A stretch of DNA of 64,000 nt from the NCBI GenBank assembly GCA_028023455.1, contig JAQFVV010000010.1, positions 2,294,001-2,358,000 on the forward strand. Reading direction: 5' to 3'. The position numbers were made by a program, and so were the translations under genes. Shown piece after piece: positions 53,500 through 64,000 of this stretch. Source of the stretch: Epiperipatus broadwayi (Eukaryota; Animalia; Onychophora). Each line of letters starts with the position of its first letter. The stretch's first letter is position 1. The notes below the pieces were generated by a model. It did not search any database. It had not been told where the DNA came from and was given only the letters and a program-made list of their open reading frames with translations.

Positions 53500-55330
53500 T
53501 TTAACAAACAATTTTCACTACTTATGAGATCTTCCAATTAAAAAAAAAAAACCAGTTGGCATTATTTAATAAAACTTGTAATTAAACAAAAAAAAAAAAA
53601 GCAATTCAGTTAAGCAAGTTGTTTAAAAACAAACTATTATGAATATGAATTAAAATTGATAACATCTAGTTAAATTGAATATTTGACAAGTGGATGTCAT
53701 ATTTTCCTAAAATTTCACAACCAAACAATGCCAGCTTGTGCCTTTTCATTGTTGGCTGATGACTCTTCACTGTTCATTGGTGACATGAAATTCATTCAAC
53801 TAGTTTCTGTGCCTATGGTGTTATCTGTCAGCTATTTGAATAATCATTGTTTGCAATTCTTTTAATTTGATCACAATTGCTGGAACCCATTTGATAGTTC
53901 CACTATACATATGATATAGAATTTGGATACCTATATGCACTTTAGTAATTTTGTTTTTATGATCATAGTGAATAGAATTGCAGAATGATATGTTTGTCAG
54001 GGTTCAAGACCTAATTTATCAATAATCTCTGGATAGACTCTTTTCGATTTTATTTTTGTGAGCTAGTTCACTTTAATCACTATAAAGCCCAAGTAAATGA
54101 ACCAGTCACAGCCTAACAAATTGCTATGTTTATTGGTAAACACAATAGGCAAATTAATTGTTTTATTGGAACCAATAACTCTTGTTTGATCCATGAGTGA
54201 GATTTGATTGCCTCAATATAATCAGCGGTCATTTTCTATTAGGATGGAGATGATGATTATTTTTTCTATTAGTAATAGCCCGTGTGGTTTTTTGACACAA
54301 CGGACACTGCAAAACCGATATCTAATTTCGCTGTTATTGGCGCATCATTAATAATAATTCTGCTTTTGAAGACAGAATCAATGCTGCTCATGTAATTTAT
54401 ACATCCAGCTTTTGGAATGGACTCTTCATTCTTTTCTGAGTGTCATGCTTTTTCTTTTTAAAACAAGCAACTTCTATGTGAGAGACATGTTTACAATATC
54501 TATATACTGTATTCTGGTGTGGACATTCAATGTGTGCATGTTTTAGTTTGTCATATCTATAACAAACTCTTAACAATATTTTCAATAGCAGATCCCATAT
54601 CCACACACTGCATCGACATTTAGTGTGTGAATATTTTGGTTTGTCACATTTATTACAAACTCTTAACAATATTATCATCAATAATACATCCCATAACCCC
54701 ATTTTAATCAGGAAAATCTTTAAACAATCTGAATTTCTATCACAGTTCTAATACTGAGATTACTTTTCTTTAATGGAGCAGTCTGATTGCTATAGATTCA
54801 GCCAGAGTTGCTTGCAAAACAGCTAATGTGAGAATAGGATTCATCAACAGCATGACTCTTTATTCAGAAATAAATGGTCTTTCAGAACTTCATTTAAAAA
54901 CTTTGCAGATCCGCAGCTAAATGCAAGCATCCTGAATTTGAAGGCAAAATCTCTCATTTTCTCCCTTTCTCCTTGCATAGAGTTTCAAGTGATACTTCTG
55001 CATTATTGTTATGGGGTTTAGGGAAGAAAAACTCTGCCATTAAAGATAATGCTTTGTCTAAATCAAGCTCAGCTGGAAGCATGGGAGCTGTTGAGGCATA
55101 TAATATCTCGTATATTTGAGATCCACAGACTGCCACAAATGTAGCTAGTTTTAATTCAGGCTTTTTAATTTGATTAGCTTGCATATAGAAAAGTACTCAA
55201 TCCAAGAAGGTTGGCCCATTTTCAGGATAGGCTAGATTGAATTCTTCTAATGAGCCAATTGTAGCCATGATGATTTTTATTCTTTTTCTGCCAAGTGAGA
55301 GAATTTTTTTTTTTTTATTACAGTTAATGA
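53500..55330 (-). mobile_element. Ty3/gypsy gag-protease remnant
   Basis: PBS-like ttggcagaaaa then MATIGSLEEFN; gag KLATFVAVCGSQIYEILYAS.AP..PAELDLDKALSLMAEFFFPKP; CCHC knuckles (ORF 54397-54702); protease RIIINDAPITAKLDIGFAVS (DTG-like). Confidence 0.8.
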
Positions 55331-56478
55331 GTAATTACTCATATTTGCTTTAATTTTTTACTGACTTGCTGTTTTAACTAATAACAAAAGATCTATTAAA
55401 CCATGGTGGTAACATCCTGTCATGACTGCACCAATTCTGCTGTGTTTATGTGTGACTGTAATAAACAGAAGACTCATATAACTATGATTAGAATTTATTT
55501 CACGTAATATACAATATTTACAAATCTGTTGGCATATATATATACACACAATACATTTACAAATATATATACAATAATGTTTGCTATACAGTAAATCTGA
55601 TACAATGACTAAGATATAACATTTGGTTGCCATACAACTATTAATGTAAGGAATTTCAGATGATTTTCTAGGTTTATCTAACACTTTCAGCAGTACCAAG
55701 ACAATTTGGCTCACATATAGTGAAACAGTAAGGTCTGCTTTGCAGATCTTCGTTTCACCTTTTCTCACCTACTTCCTACCCTCATACCTTAGTTTGAACC
55801 CCAATCTATCGTAGTGTGTCTATAATACACTTATATACCGAAAATCCTGCCTAATTTTAAACCACGAGCACAATGCTCGTATTATATATATAACTTATTC
55901 CCAAATAAAATAAAATATTATGAATTATGTATTTGTTCACATAATTTACATTTATTAAAAAGTAAGTTATATAAGTCGTAATTGCGCACACACTATGATA
56001 TCCATTTTAAAACATATCAAAATTATAAATTGTTAGTTATTTTGTTTGGATCTATTTACAAATATATTACCGTCGTAATATATTTTGATTTAAAATAAAA
56101 TTCCTTTAGTAAATATTCGTTTAGTAGATAGATTCAAATATTACAATTTAAAATAAAATAATTTTCGTTTTATTTGATAAAAATCATCCCAAATATTTCT
56201 GTTAACATAAATGAGGGACAATAGTTTAATTATATAAGTTTATCTAAAAACAGCAGCTGTCCACTTAAGTTTTCAATTAGTAGCAGTAATTTTAATTAAA
56301 TCTAGTTTGTAATTCGAATGTCGACGGGGAAGTTAACAAAAGGAATTAATTAATGTTGAATTCCTTTAGACATTCGGATAGATTTAATTACAGCAGATAA
56401 GTCCAATAATTTTGTACGCCCCAGGACAAATCTATTGTTAAATTTTACTATAAAAAGGATGTTTTTCTTTTGTTCACC

Positions 56479-56612
56479 ATTCTAAGCTTTCTAAGCTTTT
56501 AAAGCATTCTAAGCTTCTAAAGAATTCTGAGTTGTAAAAGGGTTTCTGAGTTATTCTAAGCTTTTAAAGAATTCTGAGTTGTCTAAAGGTTTCTGAGTTG
56601 TTCTAAAATTCT
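56479..56612. repeat. Degenerate tandem repeat of ttctaagctt / ttctgagtt modules
   Basis: About 46-bp composite unit repeated 2-3 times directly beside the candidate SNW1 exon-1 donor. Confidence 0.75.
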
Positions 56613-56626
56613 AATAATTTGCTAAC

Positions 56627-56634
56627 CTTGACAT
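56627..56634 (-). CDS. SNW1: Candidate SNW1 exon 1 coding part (ATG TCA AG / gttagc), giving MSSIMPAP...
   Basis: Phase-2 donor matches exon 2; lies in the main CpG-rich island upstream; gttagN donors are used elsewhere in this gene; total length would be about 533 aa. Alternatives exist (55769-55785, the internal Met of IMPAP, or an exon outside the window). Confidence 0.35.
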
Positions 56635-57507
56635 GTCCGAGTAGAGGCGTTTAAGATGGCTATGTCCCCTCGGAATAGCCAGCCGCTGCTCCATACCATC
56701 AAAAATTTATCACACGGATCCCGAAACTGCTGCTGCCGCTGCCAAACATGAACATTCCAGATTTTGCTGCTGAATTATAAAACCTGCCGAACATCTACCT
56801 GCAAATGCTTCTCCAGAGGTAACCTAAATTAACCCAAGAGCTCTTGTGATCACTAACTAACATGCTATAGCTATTTAATATTGTTTTCTTATATTTCACC
56901 ACTTCATTATGTATTTCTTTCATGTATTTAAATATACTCAACATTTTGCTCTATCCTTGGGTTAATATTTTCTATTTATAAAGCTTTCTTTTATTTTATT
57001 ATGATAATGTGTCAGAATCGTCTTTGACCGAGTGAACTATTCCCTCTATTGAAAATAAGACGCCGCTATTAAGGCATATTTTAAATTTATAATTTTCCAA
57101 TTTTATTGTCTTGCAAATCACTCGTTCGAGGGCGATTCTTTTCTTTAATGTAATATAATCACATCGTTTAAAATCTACATGCTATTGATTTTAATCTAAT
57201 ATAAGAGTATGTGCGAAGTCAATGATTGAATGTGTCCCTTAATGCATGATTGCATATATAAATCTATACTTACTTTTCAAACCTGCAAGCATGCATTTTC
57301 TTATTTTAATTACCGTGTTCTATTTTAATTATAAAGTTCATCATTGATGTCGAGAATGTGCGGACCCTTTTAAATGAATTTCAGGGAATTTGATTGGGCA
57401 TTTCTCTTAATACAAGTAAAACCCATTTAGTATGTTTTATATACACTAGTCTCGTATTGCTGGTACATGAATTGGTTGTTGAGACCGCTTTGTTTTTATT
57501 TTCCAAG

Positions 57508-57652
57508 GATTCTTTACACGGCAAAGTCCGTTCTTTCGCTCATTGCAAGTTTTCCAGGCAGAGGGTGTTCACAAATGGCACCCCTGGGAATTAAACGCAA
57601 TCGTTACACAGTCGCTAAGTTTCGGCTGTTTCGTCACAATACTTTCCTACAG
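57508..57652 (+). other. Candidate exon of a divergent plus-strand transcript (unknown gene, 5' UTR or lncRNA)
   Basis: Polypyrimidine tract plus AG at 57506-57507, donor AG/GTTAGC at 57653; GC-richer than flanks; two of three frames are open across it. Confidence 0.5.
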
Positions 57653-58343
57653 GTTAGCGGCGAGATGCCCTCCGTAATTATTCCGGATCTTCATATTGTT
57701 TCATTTTATATTTATTTTACAAAGCATCCGTGACTTAAACGAGTCACACCCTCCAACTTTATAAATTCACTATCAGCAATACTGACCTCCCAATACAAAT
57801 CTATTATTATTCTCAAATAAATGCTTTGATCCCATTCCCACGTGTGCTTAGTAAGCTTTAGTCTGTTACTATTCTCGAAATCAATAAATATTTTAGAACA
57901 TTTAATTTCAAATATTGTCTTAAACTTGTCTATTTACTCAAAGCACCTCGCACATATTCCTATCTCGTCAAGCACATTATCGTAATACTATTAGCCCGAG
58001 GAATAGAATATATCACTCTGTTTTAAAATCTTTTGTCATTGCTGAAATATAAATGCCAACAATTATTTAATACGCATCCCTGTCTCATATAAGCAGACAG
58101 TGGCGTTATATATATATTTATCTAAATAAATTGTGTGAAATTATTTTAAACTAAATTTTATCTCCTATTTTATTTGATTCCTATCACTGTCTCGGTCTAT
58201 ATATATATATTTTCTGCATTTCTTTTGTAAATCCATAGACGTTAATTAGCCACCCAAACTTATCTTAGTATAGAGTCTTTTGTTTCTCCCTGACCACCAG
58301 GCACCGGTAAAAGGTTATGCTAGTGTAGCATCAGATGCGTTAT

Positions 58344-58359
58344 CACGTAGGTGGCGCTG
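58344..58359 (+). promoter_or_regulatory. CTCF-like motif cacgtAGGTGGCGCtg
   Basis: Matches the AG(A/G)TGGCGC core of arthropod CTCF sites; motif match only. Confidence 0.3.
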
Positions 58360-60149
58360 TGAAATTTGGACTTTAGATTCGAACTTAGTATATCTAGAAG
58401 GCAACCCCTCCTAGAATGTTCAGTTTCGGGTCTGGGGTTTGAATTATGCAGTGTGTTAGCGAGGTAGACGATTCTGACCGTTACAATAGATATGATGGCA
58501 CAGCTGTTTTGTGACAGCTTGCCTTAAGTCTGGTTTATGTTCTAACTACTTTCAGTTCCAACGTGAACTTACTTCACTGCATTAGCCATATAGTGGACAT
58601 TGCGCATATTGCCGTTCATTTCTGATGGTAAATTATCTGACTTTACCTCCAACTGCATTGCTTATTTAAAGACATCCCCTTCCTTAACGAAAGCAATCGG
58701 ATTTACATAGCATTATCACTTATGGATATATCTTATCTATTCATATATCTATTGGTCTATGGCAATGAATGCTCAATCCAATCACAATAAGATGGAGTGT
58801 GGACTAATCCATTAGTTGAAGGTAAGGTAATCTTATTGATTTTGTTCAAAATCTGAAACATCTTCAAAATCTATTGATATTTTAAAACGATTTGCAAGTT
58901 CTAATTTAAATTCATTGGAATATTTCTGAAGATTAGGAATATCAACTGTGAATACTGTTTTTTTAATAATTTTTGTCTTTCTAGTTTTGCATTAATATGT
59001 ATCTTATATCTCACTAATCTATGATCACTTACTGAGTTTATAATTTATTAATTACATTAAAATTTTGAAATATAGGATTTCTGTTATTCAAAATATAATC
59101 CAATCCTGCTATAATTTTATTTGGATGCTTCCATATCCATTTCTGCTTAGCATTTTTCTCAAAGAAAGAATTCATAATATAAAGTTTTTCTTTTCTGCAA
59201 ACTACATAAGTCATCTTCTCTCATTTCTATCACTTTAAGCAACTTTTCCCATAACACTTTCATCTCTCGATCATATACCAATTCTAGCAATAAAATCTTC
59301 TATAAAATATTTGGTCTAACTAAAAGCCAGTTTATAATTACATATATAATGGAAAATACTTTTTTATTGATATTAAAAGTATATACAGTGGAGCCATGAA
59401 TTAAGCTATATTTTGTTCCACACTCCCCCTGCATTCAACATATATAGTGTATAATAGGTCACTTTTTGTTGATAAACATAGAATGGAATAAAAAACTTAA
59501 CGTGTATTGAACTGTAAGTGTACATTACTTTTCAACATGCACAAATATACATAACCCAGATGCTTTTTTACTTATGTATAAATAATTTTTTAAAAAATAA
59601 TATAATTATTAAATAAATGAGAGGCGTATTTACATATATTTTATTGAGTATGTGTAGATTCGCGCATTCACTGAAGCAAGAAAAATAAGAAGAAAAAACT
59701 GACTATAGTATATTTATTTTTAAAATAATGCTCTGGGCAATTTTCTTTTTTTTCCCAATAACTTTTTTTTTATAGACACACAATAGACTAGTCTGTTTTA
59801 CAAAAAATTACAATTTTCTTTTTTTAGTCATTCTCTTAGAAATAATTTATTATGTAAAATACTACACATTAAATTCAGAAAAGATAATAAAAAAAATAAA
59901 ATGTGTTTTTAACATAAATCAAACAACGTTTATTAACATATATATAATTGTGTATGACGCTAATATAAAAAAAAATAACTGCTCAAATATCATAAAATTT
60001 GCCAATTTTAATGATATTTTTATTTGTTTATCTGTCTGTTTACTTTTTTTTTTGGGGGGGGATAGCATATAATTGAAGTCAAGTATTTAGATATAGCATA
60101 GTTAGTGGCTCCATTATATAAAAAAGTGCACTTTTTAAAATAGATAAAT

Positions 60150-61020
60150 TAAAAAGTCAAAAATACATTTCTGAATAACCACAAAAAAAATTCCATAAAA
60201 ATTAAATGCTATTCAGCATAAAATTTTGAAATTAAAAGTATTTTCTTTTTAAATTATCTAAATTACCATAATAGCCTTCGAGAAGGTCTTTCAACTTGAA
60301 GATTTAAATATTAACGGCAAAAGTTCTTTTACAGAAAATACTTTTCAACACATTTACATTTATTAACTCGTAGTGGTTTTCCCTTTAACTCATTTGGTCA
60401 AAATATACTAATTTATTTTTGATGAATTATATGTTCATTAATTTTTTTGTTTTAAAATGTTTATAATTCAAATCCGAGGGATTGGATGAATTTTTCTGTT
60501 CTAAGAATTATTTTCAATGAAAGCTTTTCAAATTACCTAGAGCTTAATTATATTAACTTATCTTTGACAAATGTATAAAATTCATTAATTCTTTTATTTT
60601 AAAGTGTTTATGATTCAAATCAAAATGGACTGGATGAATTTTTCTATTCTAAGAATTATTTTAAATGAAAATTTGAATGAAACATTTTCTGAAAGTATAA
60701 AGCTTTTAAAATTCTTGTGCCTCATTCCCATAACAACTGTTGAAAGCAAAAAATGTTTTCAATATTGAAAAGAATTAAAACATTTTTACACAATCAATAG
60801 GACAAGAAAGATTAACTACTCTAACTATATTAAGCATCGAAAAATCATCGATAGGAGATATTGGTAATTTTAATGAAATGGTAATTAATCATTTTAACAA
60901 TTCTAAAGATCAAAGAATCAATTTGAAATATAAATCATTTTAAGGTAAAAAAATTTTTTTCATTATCTACTAATTTTCTACAAAATGTCCTCCCCATAAA
61001 TGTTACTGTGAGCCATCACT
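60150..61020 (+). mobile_element. Decayed hAT transposase C-terminus (ZMYM1-like group) with an internal duplication of about 80 bp
   Basis: LKIL..IPITTVESKKCF.ILKRIKTFL..GQERLTTLTILSIEK..HFNNSKDQRINL; 60441-60530 is repeated at 60590-60670. Confidence 0.7.
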
Positions 61021-62132
61021 ATTATTAACAATATGTATCAGGCAAATAATTATTTAATTTAAACAGAAATATTGTCAAATAACATGTTAGTTTTCAATTA
61101 CATTCTTAAATTTGCCCAAATAAATACTATCAAATTTGAAATTTTGAGTAAAACTCCTTTTACTTTTATATATTGTAGCAAAGACATAGAACTATTTTTA
61201 TTTTTATGATATTCAGTATTGGAATAACATCAAACTCTTATATTTTATTTTTTCCCTTTTTGTAGTAATAAAATTTTGGTACAATAGAATTAGAATGTCA
61301 AAATTGAAACCGCATAAAGAAAGTTAAATATTTTTATATATGATTAAAGATAAAGATAATTAAAGCTATGCTTTTTAATAATGTATAATAAGCAATAAGA
61401 AATTAAATAATGTATATACTTATTTTATCTTTCAGAGTCAAGTTCATAATTATTAAACTTTGGAAGCCACCTGATAAATACCTTCATGAAATATTCCAAG
61501 GGTATAAGCTATTTCTGTATTAATATTTTTAAAAGATTTTTCATCATAATATTTGTTAAAATAACCAATACATAACCTCTACCTACAATACCTGATCAAA
61601 TCAAGGATCATGATTTATTAAAGGATAAAATAGAATATGGAATTGATATTCAAATCTGACAATTTTCATATAAAATAATTGAAACTTTATATTATTTAAA
61701 TAAATAATAAAAACAATAATTTATTTACAAATTTGTAAAAATATAATTATCAATACTTCTTTCTATTTACAACCAAAGATATCTTAATTAGAAAATATTT
61801 ACAAATTATTATTAATTAATATTTTTTTGATCTATTTTTACTAACCATTTTTATCTACAGCTATTGCTTTAACTTAAAAAAATGTAAGCAACTTATTTAA
61901 TTATCTTTAGCCTCCTAATCTATACATCTAAAATAAAATTAGTCTGCAAAGTATACTTCCAATGTAAACTTTGGCAAACATATATATAACTACCATCTAT
62001 TTCTTAGATTATTACTAATTCAAAGAGAAGCCCTTCTTTGAATCCAAATCTTTTAACAAAAACTATAAACTTAATTCTATAAAATGAATAGCTATTAGAT
62101 TTGACCTTGCTTCAATAGTCTTCTTAATATTA

Positions 62133-62202
62133 GATTTTTCATACAGGTAATCAGCTTTGGAACCTATGATTTTTCATACAGGTAATCAGCTTTGGAACCT
62201 AT
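62133..62202. repeat. Perfect 35-bp tandem duplication
   Basis: gatttttcatacaggtaatcagctttggaacctat twice. Confidence 0.95.
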
Positions 62203-64000
62203 CTCTGATATACAAAATCACTAATTCATAAATACTCTTTAAAACATTGTAAATATAGAATATATTTAACAATATAAATGAAGGATCTAAATAATGATAT
62301 TTATATAGTAAGTTTATTCACATAAAAGTATATTTCAATGGAAATTAATGCAAGAGTCAAATATATTTATTAGATAATACTAATCATATTTAAGTGTATA
62401 ATGAATATAACTTTCATTTAACATAACAGTGACTATAATGCTTTTTATTCCAATTGTTGGACATTTTAGTACTGTATATCTAAACATTCCACATATATGT
62501 ACACAGTGTATTTATTACTGCTTCTATTGTGTTTTCTGGCTAATTTATCTAAATTTTAATATTATTTGACAATCTAAAATATTAGACAAATCTTTTTATT
62601 TAAATAAGACACTTTTTTTTTTTAATACTTATCTTTTTATCTGAAAGATGCTTTTCTTTAAAAAAAAAAAAAACATTTCAATCAAAACTAAACTTTAAAC
62701 CAATTCTCACATTATAAAATAATATTTATTTATATTTTCTTAAATTCAAACTCTTCATATTTTAATAAAACTAATCTATTGCATATTATTTATTATAATT
62801 TTTTTTTTTTATTCTCTTAATGCCCTAAAAGAATTTCGATGCTATCTTTTATCCAGACACACAATTATTGTCAAGCAGCACTCCCATATATGTAAGACCA
62901 CATGAATGATCAAGAAATAGATATAACATCTTATTTCAATATTAAATACTGCTTGACACATTTAACTCTTTGAATAAAATAATAGATAAAAAATATTTAA
63001 GGCAGATACCTAGCTAATATAAAGCTAACATTTGTAACAATCATTAACAAGGGATAATAAACACTGTTTTATTCTTTTTACTTTTTATACTTAATGAAAG
63101 GTTGAATAAATGTTTAAATATGTAAGAAATCATTCAAGAAAAGATTAAATAGAATATTTTATTAGTATTCTTGTCATTAGTAAAAAATATATTTATCAAA
63201 TAATAACAAAGATAAAAAATATAAAATTTTACAGCGAGCACATACACCTATACTCTTTCCATACATATATAAATATTAAAATTATCCCAAATCCAAAACT
63301 CAAACAGACCATCCAAGAAAAAATAAAATCAAAAACACAACCAATGGTTTCACTGCTACTGGCAGACTTCTCAAATGTAAAGAACTACAAAACAACACCA
63401 TATTTATATTAAACATTAACCACAAATTCATTACCTTCCCATCCACCCTTGATATTAAAAGAACTTTTAAATAAGTTAATTACTTCAGATTAATAAATTT
63501 TCGATAATAAAGATTCTTTAATTCTTTTTATTTCATTTCTCTCAAATAAACTATATAAGGATCTTATGGTTTAGTGATGTAGTTAATACTAAATATTTAA
63601 AATACTGACTTAAAATATCTAATCACAGTAACAACTTTTTACTATTTCATTCTAAAGCTACAACTCTAAATGTCTGACTTCATTAGAATTTACAATGTTG
63701 CCCTAAATATAATAAATTATTGAAGATATAAAGCTTGATCCTAATACCTACTGCCAAATCTGCTAATAGTCTTTTTGTCAAGGAATCTAACATATATACA
63801 TATTAATATTTTGCTTTAATTTCCCATTAATATAAAATCATTGTAAAAATCTAAAAGTATCTATTGTTTAATATAATATTAAATCATCTATGCTCTTTAT
63901 TACTGTTTTACAATGCTTTAATTACAACCCTCTATAACAGTTCTCCCCAGCAATCTTCTTCAGAACTATAATTTATACAAATATATGAATATAAATATAC

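Larger units (their letters stand above)
55850..58700. promoter_or_regulatory. CpG-retaining island, probable (bidirectional) promoter region
   Basis: CG dinucleotides are frequent here and scarce across most of the gene body; contains a YY1/Pho-like AAGATGGC (56653-56660) and first-exon-like donors on both strands (56626 minus, 56819 plus). Confidence 0.55.

Noticed and set aside
55864-55880. Helitron 3' hairpin (acgagca caa tgctcgt)
   Set aside because: Not followed by a CTRR terminus.

Overview
Very AT-rich eukaryotic (probably arthropod) genomic DNA, not prokaryotic: no operons, rRNA, tRNA or CRISPR arrays were seen. It is dominated by one intron-rich minus-strand gene, the spliceosomal/transcriptional cofactor SNW1 (SKIP/SKIIP, Bx42, Prp45). 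I could assemble 13 coding exons by hand (45483 down to the stop at 8072), all with GT-AG boundaries and matching phases. They total 1594 nt; a short phase-2 first exon (best candidate ATG TCA AG at 56634-56627) would give about 533 aa. The introns and flanks hold decayed transposons (Penelope-like, RTE-like LINE, Ty3/gypsy, hAT transposase relics), two non-autonomous TIR elements with intact 8-bp target-site duplications (one hAT-type, one Merlin-like), several long hairpins/palindromes and tandem repeats. A CpG-retaining island at about 55.85-58.7 kb looks like the promoter and may also drive a divergent spliced plus-strand transcript of unknown function. Most ORF-track entries are spurious or transposon debris. 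I found no clear evidence of a wholly new biological system; the best leads are the divergent transcript, a candidate poison exon, the Merlin-like element and an unexplained decayed coding-like segment at about 42 kb. All family assignments are from motif recognition by eye; no database searches were run.
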